Sequence record: MH845412.1
DNA length: 47,666 nt
Direction: 5' to 3' (one strand)
Source: Cronobacter phage CS01
A program made the translations under genes and the position numbers. Shown here in pieces: positions 1 to 10,223 of this stretch (position 1 is its first letter; each line of letters starts with the position of its first letter). The notes below the pieces were generated by a model, which was not told where the DNA came from, made no database searches, and saw only the letters and a program-made list of their open reading frames with translations.

Positions 1-116
1 AATTGATTAACGGCAGCGGGAGCCTTAACCGTAATCGTTCCTACGTGCCTGACCATGTAATCACCAAGATCAACCACAAGCTTTCCGCTGGCATCCCAAC
101 ATTGTAATCCTGACAT
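1..116 (-). CDS. tail protein downstream of gpJ (partial, runs off window)
   Basis: ATG overlaps the stop of the gpJ-like gene (TAATG); open frame MSGLQCWDASGKLVVDLGDYMVRHVGTITVKAPAAVNQ continues past window start. Confidence 0.6.
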   Translation of the reverse strand, partial: MSGLQCWDASGKLVVDLGDYMVRHVGTITVKAPAAVNQ

Positions 117-3100
117 TAGAAAAGCCCCATTCTTACGCGCAGAACGTTGTTTGCATCCCATATCTGCACAATGTTATTGGTAATCCTCATTCTACCAGTT
201 CCACCGCTTCCGTTAATCTCAAAGTTTCCGTTTTTGTCAATTCTCCATCCGCTAGTGCCTGCGACATAGTTATTTGACTGCAAAAACGAGCCTATTTTGG
301 CGTTTGTTATTGTTCCATCCTTAACGAAAAGGCTGTTAATAAACACCTGCGATCCCTCAACAACGAACGGCAGCGCGAAAGAGTTCGACGAAGCATTGCT
401 GATAACGGCGAACCGGTCAGCGCTAACCAGCAATTGCGATTTAACCGCAGTTCCAGAACCCACAAGCGACAATGCAAGCCCGGCGTCATACTCTTTTCCG
501 TTATACCGGAGACCAAGCTTGACGCCATACATAGCGCCGGTTGAGGTTGCGTTAGACCACGAATCAAGCTTCTCATTCAGCGCTGCCTCATTGTTGCCAA
601 GACGCGCTGATAATGCGGTATCTGCCGAAACCCTGGCTTCGGTTTCCGTTGCTATCGCCTGCTGAACCTGCGTTATCTGACCCTGGATATCGTCGCCAAT
701 TTGCGCTTTCAGATCCTGGATGGATTGAGAGAGCGCCTGATCTCCGTTTGCGATAACCTCTCGCAGTTCGGTATTCATGGCCGACATTTCTCCTTCAACC
801 TCCGCCTGCAATTGTGAAACCTGCGTCACGCGGGCCTCTGTTTCGCTGGCGATGAGTTTTAGGCTCTCTTTGATTTGCGCCCTGAACTTACCATTTTTAA
901 CCTGCTGAATGCGAACATCGGCATCATTAGCTAAGGCGTTTTCAATGGCCGCCTCCGCCGATGAGTGGATCTTGTCATTGGCCGCAATCGCATTTTCCTT
1001 CAACCATTTGAAGCCGTCAGAACCTTCGATATCAACCTTAATGTGATCCGTTATGATGCTGGTGTCGTCCGACGCCATGCCCCTTACGAACTCACTCCAC
1101 GGCGACACGTTTCCTATGCGATCCACAGTTCGCGCCCTGTACCAGTTAACATAGCCAGCCGGGAGAATGCTATGCCAGTAGTCATATTGCGGATATGGAA
1201 CCATCGTTAACAGCGTTGCCTGATCCTCAATAGGATGACCATCTGCGCCGTTCGGTGCCTGCTGCAATTCGGTGTAAGCTGTATCTCCGGAGTCTGGCGC
1301 AAATCCCCACTTAACCCGGATGCCGAAAACCTCATCATCAGAAGCCGTCATGTTGACCGGCGCGCCAGGCTCTCCAACTTTGCCTTTTAGCGACACGTTC
1401 ACAATATCTGACCAGACGGAAGCGCTGCCCTGCGCTGAAACAGCGCGAACCCTTACGCCGTAGTTGCCGGCATAGATACCCTCTACCTCTATTTCCTTGT
1501 TGGACGTCTGCGGCGTGTTGTTCCAGTCACCATCCCCTTTGCGCCATTGCATCTCATAAAGGCTGGCGTATGGAACCTTATCCCAGGTTACGCGCATGGT
1601 TTCAACGCTGATTCCCTGCACTACGCGAGAATATGAAGAAACCTTAACGTTTTTCGGTTTCTCAAGCTGATCTGGCGTCACGTTACTTGTTGGCCGGTCA
1701 TCAATATTGACGCCATAGTCAATCTCGTCGTATTTGTTCGGATCGTACTGAACCGCCGTTATGCTGTAGGTAAATTCCTCCTGGTCATCGCCACGAGTGA
1801 TTTTTGTCACCACATACTGCTGCAACGCGATATCTGTACGCTCAATGGCAAAAACAGCATCTGGCATAACATCAAAACCGAACCCGGTATTTATGCTTAT
1901 GGTTTTGCCGTCGCTGCTCACCTTTGAGATGGTGCGGCGCACAGGCTTACCGTCAGGTCGGTTGACGATGATAAAGTCACCTGCTCGGGCATCAACTTTA
2001 TAGTTCAGGAAAACTTGCAAGCCGCTAACCTCTGCCACGCGCCCGGAAAGGCTAAGTGTAAGCGCGCTACTCCAGAAGTTGTCCGCAATCGCGATAACAT
2101 CGCCAATTGTCGGTATCATGCCCTCAAGTCCGGTTGCAAAGTTTACTGTCGTGCTGCGAAGGTTGGTTTTTAGTATCCAGCGCCCGCGTCTGTTAGCCTC
2201 GCTCCTGCGCGTGCAACCGATGGCTGTAATGCTGGTCGGGTTGTAACCAAATCGCATGGATGCTTCAACGTCGAAAACACCTTCGACATCCTGTTTGTAC
2301 ATATTTTGCTCATCATCAAAGGTGACGTTGCACTGCGTGTACATGCTCTTTTCGCTGGCGTAGGTGTAACTGAAATCTCCGTTTACAACGTTTTCATTCG
2401 TAAACAGGTAAGACGGATCGCGCGGCCTGTCGATGATGATAGACAAGCTCTCGCCGTTCCAAAAACTCATTCCGCGAAAGATAGAGCAAATATCGCGCAC
2501 AAGCTGGTAAGCCTCTACCTGATTCTGGATCACCACGTCGCACAGATAGCGCGGCTCCGTTCCGCCTTTCCCGTCAGGCACTTTCTGATCGCAGTATTGG
2601 GCCGCTTCGTAAATGCTCCATTTATCAATGGCGATGCCAAGCTCTTTCTGATCGAGACCATAGCGCTGATTGGTTATCAGGTCATAAAGCACGAATGCCG
2701 GGTTGTTGCTCCACGCCTTCTTCCATGTTCCATCCCAAGTGCCGGAATACTCGCGCAACTCCGTGTCATAATTGCTCGGCACGTTAATAAGCTTCCAGCG
2801 CTTCTTGACAGATATGGTTGGGATCTGATTAGGGAACAGCTCGGAATCAAATTCGACGTACACAATACCTGTCAGAGGATAGCGGAATTTGGCGTCGATA
2901 ACGTTCGCGTAGCTTTGTAGGCGGATCGTATCCACAACGTTAGAATTTGTGCTGTCCGGCGTCACGCGAGACACGCGAACCAAAACCTGATCGTTAAAGT
3001 CCGGTAAGTCAACGCGACGGCTTCGGTCATATCCGCTGGTCGTTTTCCCGGATATCGTATCAGTTAAAACGGTTTTATATGCCCCGCCGTCAACGGCCAT

Positions 3101-3541
3101 ATCAACACGATAAGTAACACTGATGCCTACTCGGTCGCCGTCATTTTCAACCTTCACGCCCTGCGGGATCATCATCTTGATTCTCAGCGCAGAAAGGTTT
3201 TTGTCGGTAACTGATATGACGTAAGGATTGTCATTGGTAATGACTCGCTGCAATGTGATCTCGCTTGAGCTATCTGTGAACCCCTTGATATAGCTCTGAG
3301 TCTGCGTGCCTGGCCTGAACTCTGCGGTGACGCCCTGGTAGTTGTAGCTGCCATCCTCGTTTTGAACCGGAACGTCATCAAGATAAAGATTTTTGAGAGA
3401 AAAATCAGGGTCGCATTCGCCATCAGAAACGGCGAGAAGGATTTTAATTTTGTTGATCGAGATCAGGTTGTCAGCCATTTCTTTTGGAGTATGCGGCTTC
3501 GCGCTGCCGCCCTTGCTGCCCGATATCACTTTCTTCGTCAT
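116..3541 (-). CDS. J: tail tip / host specificity protein (lambda gpJ-like)
   Basis: Large ORF after I/K/L/M genes, fibronectin-like region, start set at MTKKVISGSKGG with upstream AGGAAAG. Confidence 0.9.
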   Translation of the reverse strand: MTKKVISGSKGGSAKPHTPKEMADNLISINKIKILLAVSDGECDPDFSLKNLYLDDVPVQNEDGSYNYQGVTAEFRPGTQTQSYIKGFTDSSSEITLQRVITNDNPYVISVTDKNLSALRIKMMIPQGVKVENDGDRVGISVTYRVDMAVDGGAYKTVLTDTISGKTTSGYDRSRRVDLPDFNDQVLVRVSRVTPDSTNSNVVDTIRLQSYANVIDAKFRYPLTGIVYVEFDSELFPNQIPTISVKKRWKLINVPSNYDTELREYSGTWDGTWKKAWSNNPAFVLYDLITNQRYGLDQKELGIAIDKWSIYEAAQYCDQKVPDGKGGTEPRYLCDVVIQNQVEAYQLVRDICSIFRGMSFWNGESLSIIIDRPRDPSYLFTNENVVNGDFSYTYASEKSMYTQCNVTFDDEQNMYKQDVEGVFDVEASMRFGYNPTSITAIGCTRRSEANRRGRWILKTNLRSTTVNFATGLEGMIPTIGDVIAIADNFWSSALTLSLSGRVAEVSGLQVFLNYKVDARAGDFIIVNRPDGKPVRRTISKVSSDGKTISINTGFGFDVMPDAVFAIERTDIALQQYVVTKITRGDDQEEFTYSITAVQYDPNKYDEIDYGVNIDDRPTSNVTPDQLEKPKNVKVSSYSRVVQGISVETMRVTWDKVPYASLYEMQWRKGDGDWNNTPQTSNKEIEVEGIYAGNYGVRVRAVSAQGSASVWSDIVNVSLKGKVGEPGAPVNMTASDDEVFGIRVKWGFAPDSGDTAYTELQQAPNGADGHPIEDQATLLTMVPYPQYDYWHSILPAGYVNWYRARTVDRIGNVSPWSEFVRGMASDDTSIITDHIKVDIEGSDGFKWLKENAIAANDKIHSSAEAAIENALANDADVRIQQVKNGKFRAQIKESLKLIASETEARVTQVSQLQAEVEGEMSAMNTELREVIANGDQALSQSIQDLKAQIGDDIQGQITQVQQAIATETEARVSADTALSARLGNNEAALNEKLDSWSNATSTGAMYGVKLGLRYNGKEYDAGLALSLVGSGTAVKSQLLVSADRFAVISNASSNSFALPFVVEGSQVFINSLFVKDGTITNAKIGSFLQSNNYVAGTSGWRIDKNGNFEINGSGGTGRMRITNNIVQIWDANNVLRVRMGLF

Positions 3542-3574
3542 CTGTCTTTCCTTTTTGTGGTATTTATTGCGGCC

Positions 3575-3603
3575 ATTATACGGGCAAAAAAAAGGCCGCA
3601 CAA
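3575..3603 (-). promoter_or_regulatory. candidate promoter TTGTGC-17-TATAAT with the -35 inside a terminator hairpin
   Basis: minus strand GGCCGCATTGTGCGGCCTTTTTTTTGCCCGTATAATGG. Confidence 0.5.
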
Positions 3604-3615
3604 TGCGGCCCCTGA

Positions 3616-4215
3616 TTATGCTTTATCCTCTGAATAACTGCCTGCCGACCAGATAGCTCCGCCAACAGTTCTGTAACCATACGGTAGAGGAACCGGGTAG
3701 CCAGCCGCCGTGGTATTGACTGCGCCGCCGAAAGCGTATGACGGCGCGTTCTCCGTGCTATTAATCTGCATCTTTGCTCCGCCCTGCTGCGGAGAAAGCA
3801 TTTGCATTACGCCACCAAGCACCATAGAACCACCCATCAGAAAAGCAGATGTTGCTAGCTTACCCATCGCGGCAAGTGAAGCCCCTCCAGTAAAGAAAGC
3901 CGCCGCCATGATGGTAGCGCCAACGACAATAGTTAACAGACCGCCATTTTTTGATCCAGTTGGAACCGGTATCAGGCGAACTTCTTTGGCGCATTTCCAG
4001 GCGTGTTCGTCATACTGCCCAACGTTACGGCCATCAACGAAAACGGCAAACTGCATACGCGATCCGATCTCGCTTTGCATGAAGTCCTTAAAACCGGCAA
4101 CCTGAGATGACAGTGCCCGGATGGCTTCCGGGTAGCTATCAACGGCGAAGCGGTGAAAAACGCCGAATCGGCGTCCAAGTGAACCGGATAGTTTTATCTT
4201 CTTAATCTCGCTCAT
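3616..4215 (-). CDS. I: tail assembly protein (lambda gpI-like)
   Basis: Position between K and J; glycine-rich hydrophobic central region; syntenic. Confidence 0.8.
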   Translation of the reverse strand: MSEIKKIKLSGSLGRRFGVFHRFAVDSYPEAIRALSSQVAGFKDFMQSEIGSRMQFAVFVDGRNVGQYDEHAWKCAKEVRLIPVPTGSKNGGLLTIVVGATIMAAAFFTGGASLAAMGKLATSAFLMGGSMVLGGVMQMLSPQQGGAKMQINSTENAPSYAFGGAVNTTAAGYPVPLPYGYRTVGGAIWSAGSYSEDKA

Positions 4216-4936
4216 ATTTCAGATCCTTGTGTCTGCAAATCATTTTCGCGTGTTCTTGATACCAGCCAGAATAAACGTCTATCTTTGAAAGCTTACCTTG
4301 CAGATGGTGCAAAAGCTGATTATCACCCAGGTAAATCCCGGCGTGATTCCATACTTCGGATTGAAGCTGGAATATCACCATATCTCCGGGCCTCGGCCTT
4401 TCCTGATCAGGAGATGGAATAAAGCCCTCAGAAAGATAATTATCCTGGTATAAGTTTTCGCCATGCTCCGGCTTCCACCATTCGTAAGGCTTCCGGAAGT
4501 CTCTGAGGTTTACGCCATGCTGCTTATGCCAGGCCATGATAAGACCCCAGCAATCATAGGAACCAAGCGCCCACGGCCTGCCGGTCAGAGGTCGAGTAGC
4601 AGGCTCAACGAAACGCATATCACCCTCTGGAAGCGACACGATAACCCATGTGATCTGCATTTCGTCACACATGCAGGTGTCGTGAGCGCTCGGCAGCGTA
4701 GTAGCGCCGTCGCCGGTGTGGCTATGGGCAATAGCTATGATTTCCTGATCAGAATCCATAACTTCCGCATACTGAGAAACATCCATCATGAAATGATTTT
4801 CCGGATCTGGATGCACGTTATCAATGCGGTGGTATCTCTGTACGCGAGATTTCTGTGTCACCACGCCACAGCATTCTTGAGGGTATACCTCTTTAGCGTG
4901 GCGCATAATTTCCATCTTAATTTTTGCGTTTATCAT
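4202..4936 (-). CDS. K: tail assembly protein, JAB/MPN plus NlpC/P60 peptidase (lambda gpK-like)
   Basis: HSHTGD (JAB) and YDCWGLI...H (NlpC/P60) motifs. Confidence 0.88.
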   Translation of the reverse strand: MINAKIKMEIMRHAKEVYPQECCGVVTQKSRVQRYHRIDNVHPDPENHFMMDVSQYAEVMDSDQEIIAIAHSHTGDGATTLPSAHDTCMCDEMQITWVIVSLPEGDMRFVEPATRPLTGRPWALGSYDCWGLIMAWHKQHGVNLRDFRKPYEWWKPEHGENLYQDNYLSEGFIPSPDQERPRPGDMVIFQLQSEVWNHAGIYLGDNQLLHHLQGKLSKIDVYSGWYQEHAKMICRHKDLKYERD

Positions 4937-5688
4937 TGCGTTCTACTCATCAAAGAAGCCACTGCGCAAGCACCGAAATCTAACTCTGCATCCTCTCCAA
5001 ATCGGAGTTTGCAGGCCGTCACAGTTCCGGCGCACCTGTCGAGGGATGGATCTGTAACCGGATTGTTGTCTTTATCGAACATTCGCGGCCCGTTGTACCC
5101 GCAACCCTTTCCGGTTTTGTACCAGTTACGCTGCGCCCAATAACAGACCGACTGAGTTACTCGCGGCGGTATCATGATACCATCCATATCGTATGGAGAT
5201 GTAAGATCGAATCTGGCAATCGTTGGATTGCAGAAATTGGGGCGCTCAATGTAATAAGTCAGCCTGCGGAATGCGCCATCTGCAACGTTTCCGTTAGCAT
5301 CCATCAAGTCAGCCGCCACGATGTAGATCGTAACCTTAGCCTGCATCATGCCGTTATAGGTGCGAATCAGGGCCGAAACCTGGCTGTCAATGTTGGAAAG
5401 CGTTAGCTGCGGCTTGCCTGCTTTACCGTCGCTGGAAAAGCTAATGCCGGAAATGCCGAACGGTCGCGCGCCGTAAGTTTTCCCCTGAAACTTAACATCT
5501 TTTGATGGGAGCGTTCCGGTCTGCTGGGCGACCATCAATTCCTCTGCGGTATATTGCAGGTTTTCAGCGTGGAAGCGATAAACTCGCGCCCCAAACTTAG
5601 TGCCGTCAATCTCCACCAGCGTTAGGATCTCGCCAGGGTAGAGACTTTGCAGACAGTTTGAGAAATCTTTGTTCAGGTCTATTGGCAT
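4933..5688 (-). CDS. L: minor tail protein (lambda gpL-like)
   Basis: Cys-rich C-terminus, synteny; start at MPIDLNKDFSN. Confidence 0.85.
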   Translation of the reverse strand: MPIDLNKDFSNCLQSLYPGEILTLVEIDGTKFGARVYRFHAENLQYTAEELMVAQQTGTLPSKDVKFQGKTYGARPFGISGISFSSDGKAGKPQLTLSNIDSQVSALIRTYNGMMQAKVTIYIVAADLMDANGNVADGAFRRLTYYIERPNFCNPTIARFDLTSPYDMDGIMIPPRVTQSVCYWAQRNWYKTGKGCGYNGPRMFDKDNNPVTDPSLDRCAGTVTACKLRFGEDAELDFGACAVASLMSRTQ

Positions 5689-5713
5689 GTTTTTACCTCC
5701 GTTATTTCCGGCC

Positions 5714-5742
5714 ATTGTAGCACCAATAAAAAAGCCGCACAA
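5714..5742 (-). promoter_or_regulatory. candidate promoter TTGTGC-17-TACAAT embedded in terminator hairpin
   Basis: minus strand GCCGCCTTTGTGCGGCTTTTTTATTGGTGCTACAATGG. Confidence 0.45.
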
Positions 5743-5756
5743 AGGCGGCTTTGGTG

Positions 5757-6110
5757 TCAGGTCATGCTGGTAAATTGCTCGGTGAAAGTTGCCTTCACCT
5801 CCTGAACGGTTGAAGAAATCGGCGTCGCCGTCACACTGTCGGCCTTTACACGGAACAAACCCGATTTGCCATCGGGGGATTTCCAGTGAAAAGGCTTTAG
5901 GCGGTGACTATTAAGGAAATCAAGCACCTGAATATAATCATCGCCAGCGTAAGTGATGGAAAATTCCCTGCGGACGGTGTTATATCCAGATGATGCAACT
6001 TGCGTATATCCGTTTCCGAAAACAACCATTCGGTCATTGTTCGTGGTTGTCATAGCCCCGCCGCCGTTTTGCACCTGCGTACACCAGTTGAAGCTGTCAA
6101 GTTTTGCCAT
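5757..6110 (-). CDS. M: minor tail protein (lambda gpM-like)
   Basis: FNWCTQVQNGG...YTQVASSG...RREFSITY typical of the family; synteny. Confidence 0.85.
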   Translation of the reverse strand: MAKLDSFNWCTQVQNGGGAMTTTNNDRMVVFGNGYTQVASSGYNTVRREFSITYAGDDYIQVLDFLNSHRLKPFHWKSPDGKSGLFRVKADSVTATPISSTVQEVKATFTEQFTSMT

Positions 6111-8818
6111 TATCGTTTACTCTCCACGTAATTATAAACCGCTCCGCCTTGCGTACAGGCTTCCTGAATTAACTGTTCAAAAATCATCTTGACGCCGCGC
6201 TCCGTACTTGCCGGGTCATTTCCGTTGTTAACCTCAACATTAATATCTCCGAAGCTAAAAGCAGATCCAGCGACAGTGCGGGATGAGCCTCCGAAAGTTG
6301 AACCTCCAACCTGACCGCCGTTCGCATATCCACGCATCATGCGGTAAAGGTTTTTCACTCCGATCCTGCTAGTTGCCTCTTTGGTGAATACAAATTCGCC
6401 ACCATGAACGACGCCTTTCGGCTCGTACTTCCCGCCAGCGCCAGTGTAGCCGCCACCAGCGAAGCTACCAATGATATCGGACATACTCCAGGTTTTTCCG
6501 CCTGTCAGCCCTGAAAGGGCGTTAAAGATGACCATCTTGGATATCATCTCAACAATCATTTTAAGGATTGAAGTTGCGAAATCTTTAAAGCTGGCTTTGC
6601 CGGTTGTCAGAAATTCAGTCATCTGATTACTTAAACCGTTCAGCGCAGCACCTGCTATTTCCCCAACGTTGCTATACATATCCATCGCCGATTCGCCATA
6701 TTTAGCGAATGCGTTTTTCGCTCCAGCAAGCCAGTTGCTGCTTAAGCTGTCCTCGCTATCGTACAGCTTCTGCTGCGCCGCCAGAACCGCATCTTTTTGC
6801 CGGTTAATTTCTGCAATCTTATCCTGATCTGTAACCCCTTCCGCCGCCTGTTCGTACTTCTTCCGGATGGCGTTAAGCTGTTCCTCCCGCTGGATCTGCT
6901 GGTCGGTGTATCCTTTGGCCCGCAGGTTGATAGACTGCTGCTGATCCTCCAGGTCTCTCATGTAGTTAGAGCTGTCTTGCTGCAACTTATTCATGCGAGT
7001 TTGAAGCTGGATCGCATCGCCAAGCTCGGCATTTCGGCGCGCCGTTTCCAGCACAGAAGCCTTGTTGGTCAGCAACTCCTGCTCGCTGGCAGAAAGGCGG
7101 CGCTTACCCTGCGCATCTTCCAGGATGCTGATTTTCGCCTCTGTCTCAAAGAGATTTTGGCGCTGCCGGGAAATGCGATCATTGATGGTCGTATGCTCGC
7201 GTAGCGTTTTAAGCTGCGCCTGCAATGCCAGCGTTTCTTGATCGTATGTTTCCGTGGCTCCCCGGACGATTGGCGATTTCTTCGGTCGATTCTTCTTGGC
7301 CTCGGCCTCCTGAATCTCTTTGATTTCCTTTTTCTTCTGCTCGATCAGGTATTCTGATTGGCGGATTGCTTCCTTGTCGCCGGTTAACTGCGCCTTACTC
7401 CGAAGCTTGTAGATTTCCTGCAACTCTTTCTCGGCACCGGCAACACGATTTGTGTTGAGGTACATTTTGCCAATTTCTTCGTTTGCCGCTGCTGCCGCCT
7501 TTTGGCTATCAAGCCACCCCTGTTTACTGGCCGCAACGAAATCTCTGGTCTTTTGCAGGAACTGCAATGAGCCATCATAAGCGCCACCAAGCGCGGCATT
7601 CGCCATGCCTAAACCTGCTGCGGTGTAGTATTCCTTAACGCCCTGTGCCGCATCGCTCCAGCTATCCTTGATGCCAGCAACTTTCAGTTTGTGCTGTTCG
7701 ATTTCCTCGTTAACGGCGGTGAAATTCGAGGCGTTTTTGTACTGGTTAACCAGATCTTTGGCATCCTGGTAGCTGTAACCAACATCAAGCAGTTTCTGGA
7801 TTGCCTCGCCAGCGCCATCCTTTGTGGAAACGAAGGCTGCGGTAACTTCATCGGCAGTCTTTCCTGACGCATCGGCGATGTTTCGGATATTAATCGCCAG
7901 CTTTTGAGCGTCAGCCTCTGATATTCCGAGCGACTCGCTGATTGATTTTTTCAAATTATCAAGCTCTGTCTGGCTCTTGATGGCATAAAACACCAGGCCG
8001 CCAAGCGCAGCCGCCGCCGCACCGATAGCCACATTCATCGGCGTAATGAACGTGGCAAGTGCCCGGAACGTGTTACCAATTCCGCCGAAAGAGTCCTTAA
8101 TCTGCCCGCCCTGCTGGATCGCCACCATCCAGACTGGCATTCCCGAAGCAAGAGAAGTCACCACGTCCGTGATCTGCGCCGGCAACATGCGCATCGCCTG
8201 CTTATACTGGCCCATCGACACGCCCAGCTTAGACGCTGCCGCTTCCTGCTCGCGCAGGCTGGCAACAAATGGCGCTGCTGCCTCGGAAACGCCAAGCTGC
8301 GCCGCCCGCATCTCTACAAGTTCAGATTGCGCCTTACCAGCCGCGTCTGCCTGTGCCTTCAAGGTGGCTATGAACTTCTGACCCTCTGCGGTGGCTTTTG
8401 CTTTCTGGCGTGATTCCTCCAGCGCGGCCCGGCCTTCCTCGGTCAGCGCTTTCTTTGCAACAGCCAGCTTGTTCTGCTGTTGCTCAAGCATTTCCGAAAG
8501 CTCAAAAAATTGCTTGTCGGGAACTACGCCCTTGCTCCACAGGTTATCAAGCTGCTCCGCCGCAGCGCGCAACCTGTCCATTTTTTTAGCTGTCGGATCT
8601 ATGGCGTTCTGGATTTCCCGGTACGCCTTCGCCTGTTTTGAAACCTCGGCGGAATGGTCTTTAGCCTGTTGCTTTGCAACCTGTTCGGCATCCACGAACT
8701 CACTGATGCCTTTGGCAGCTTCCTGGTTTGCTTCCTTGAAGCGCTTGAGTGATCGCGTGGCGTTATCCACCTGCGACACATCAACGCCAAGAGCAATACC
8801 GGCGAATTGTTCGGCCAT
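6110..8818 (-). CDS. tape measure protein
   Basis: 902 aa, coiled coil, central hydrophobic segments, position upstream of M. Confidence 0.92.
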   Translation of the reverse strand: MAEQFAGIALGVDVSQVDNATRSLKRFKEANQEAAKGISEFVDAEQVAKQQAKDHSAEVSKQAKAYREIQNAIDPTAKKMDRLRAAAEQLDNLWSKGVVPDKQFFELSEMLEQQQNKLAVAKKALTEEGRAALEESRQKAKATAEGQKFIATLKAQADAAGKAQSELVEMRAAQLGVSEAAAPFVASLREQEAAASKLGVSMGQYKQAMRMLPAQITDVVTSLASGMPVWMVAIQQGGQIKDSFGGIGNTFRALATFITPMNVAIGAAAAALGGLVFYAIKSQTELDNLKKSISESLGISEADAQKLAINIRNIADASGKTADEVTAAFVSTKDGAGEAIQKLLDVGYSYQDAKDLVNQYKNASNFTAVNEEIEQHKLKVAGIKDSWSDAAQGVKEYYTAAGLGMANAALGGAYDGSLQFLQKTRDFVAASKQGWLDSQKAAAAANEEIGKMYLNTNRVAGAEKELQEIYKLRSKAQLTGDKEAIRQSEYLIEQKKKEIKEIQEAEAKKNRPKKSPIVRGATETYDQETLALQAQLKTLREHTTINDRISRQRQNLFETEAKISILEDAQGKRRLSASEQELLTNKASVLETARRNAELGDAIQLQTRMNKLQQDSSNYMRDLEDQQQSINLRAKGYTDQQIQREEQLNAIRKKYEQAAEGVTDQDKIAEINRQKDAVLAAQQKLYDSEDSLSSNWLAGAKNAFAKYGESAMDMYSNVGEIAGAALNGLSNQMTEFLTTGKASFKDFATSILKMIVEMISKMVIFNALSGLTGGKTWSMSDIIGSFAGGGYTGAGGKYEPKGVVHGGEFVFTKEATSRIGVKNLYRMMRGYANGGQVGGSTFGGSSRTVAGSAFSFGDINVEVNNGNDPASTERGVKMIFEQLIQEACTQGGAVYNYVESKR

Positions 8819-8855
8819 AAAAGTAACTCCTATAAAAAAAGCGCCACCAGGGCGC

Positions 8856-9493
8856 TTATTTGCTTTTCTGATTTAGCATCTCAAGGGCTTTAGACTCCAT
8901 GATTCGCAAATCGTTAAACGCCGCTTCTTCGTCGTCTATTCTATAGACTCTGAATAGCATAGGCAAAACGTTATAATCAAATCCGTATGGGCCGCCACCT
9001 GCCGATCTCCATTGTGTCTGCATGGCGCAAAACAGATCCCAAGACTCCATCATTGATTCATCGAAAATCACTTCTTCCGGATCTTCTCCTTCGTAATCTT
9101 CGCGGCTCAAGCCAACTGCTTTCAATTCTTCATCAGTGGGATCTTTCTGATAGTACAGGTAAACGGCCCGTTTTAGTTTTTTGCCCGCGCGCCAATCATT
9201 GCGGCAGTGTAAGCTTCCATCATTGAAGCTGCGGCCATCGGGAAAAGAGACAGAAGCTCAGCGATATTTTCGTCGTTAAATTCTTCTTCCAGATCCCAGC
9301 CAGACGCGATGGTTTTAATAAATTCTACGTCACTGACCGGTTTTTCCTGCTGCATCATTTCCTGTAGTTCCGACGCCTTAAGGTGGCGAACCGTGAAACA
9401 CATATCGCCAGTCTCGCCATTTTGAAGCGTCATTGATACCGGCAGTTTGAAATCAGGCAGGCGGCCCAGGGTAATCTTGAATTTCTTTGACAT
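8856..9493 (-). CDS. tail assembly chaperone GT fusion made by -1 frameshift
   Basis: Frame 0 ends GCA AAA AAC TAA; after -1 slip on A AAA AAC the frame reads LKRAVYLYYQKDPTDEE straight into the 8856..9125 ORF. Confidence 0.8.
9173..9493 (-). CDS. tail assembly chaperone (gpG-like, unshifted product)
   Basis: 106 aa ORF between major tail protein and tape measure. Confidence 0.85.
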   Translation of the reverse strand: MSKKFKITLGRLPDFKLPVSMTLQNGETGDMCFTVRHLKASELQEMMQQEKPVSDVEFIKTIASGWDLEEEFNDENIAELLSLFPMAAASMMEAYTAAMIGARAKN

Positions 9494-9522
9494 ATCATTA
9501 TCTCCGTATTGTTGGAGCTTGG

Positions 9523-9551
9523 ATTATATGGCAATAAAAAACGGGGCGCAA
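9523..9551 (-). promoter_or_regulatory. candidate promoter TTGCGC-17-TATAAT embedded in terminator hairpin
   Basis: minus strand ACGGGGCATTGCGCCCCGTTTTTTATTGCCATATAATCC. Confidence 0.5.
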
Positions 9552-9563
9552 TGCCCCGTGTTT

Positions 9564-10220
9564 TTACTCGGAAGGTAGGAAGGTAAATTTACCTTTCAGG
9601 GAAACGGAAAGTGATACAGTTTCCATTTCGTTGACGCTGGTTTGCGGGATTTCGTTGAAAGAAAGAACCCCGGCCCACAGGCGCATTTCTTTAGCCTTCG
9701 GCACGAACATGCGCATTGGTGTAACGTCGCCGCTTTCGTCAGCCTTGCGCAGCATCGGATAGATCGGGTTGTTATACTCATGCGCGAACGTGTAAGTCAG
9801 CGACACTGCGCTCTTGAAGGTCGGAAGCTGCTGTTCCTGATCGTCAGAAAGACACTGGTAGGTATAGAACTGCTGCTCGCCGCCGTCCTGCGCCAGATCC
9901 TGAACGCATGGGATCTCAGTCCACGAAGTGATGACGCGGAAGGTGGCGGTGTTGGTGCCTGCCGGGAAAACGTTCGGATCAGTGGTGTCGATGCCTTCGA
10001 GGGTAACGCTGGTATCTTCGACGATGGAATCCACGCGAAGAACACGATCAACCATGCGGCCCCAGGTGGCGCTGGTAATAATAACGTAGTTGCCCGCCGC
10101 TACGCCATCAGTAGACGCCACAGAAAGAACCGGCTTTTCGGCTTTGGAAACTTGAGTCGCGTTAATTTCCGCGCCCATCTCGCTACCGATGAAAATTTGA
10201 GAACCGTTAGGAAGGTGCAT
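9564..10220 (-). CDS. major tail (tube) protein
   Basis: 218 aa, position upstream of chaperones, MHLPNGSQIFIGSEMG... Confidence 0.85.
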   Translation of the reverse strand: MHLPNGSQIFIGSEMGAEINATQVSKAEKPVLSVASTDGVAAGNYVIITSATWGRMVDRVLRVDSIVEDTSVTLEGIDTTDPNVFPAGTNTATFRVITSWTEIPCVQDLAQDGGEQQFYTYQCLSDDQEQQLPTFKSAVSLTYTFAHEYNNPIYPMLRKADESGDVTPMRMFVPKAKEMRLWAGVLSFNEIPQTSVNEMETVSLSVSLKGKFTFLPSE

Positions 10221-10223
10221 AAA

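Noticed and set aside
9123-9125. Independent TTG-start gene 8856..9125
   Set aside because: No separate initiation signal; explained by -1 frameshift from the upstream ORF.
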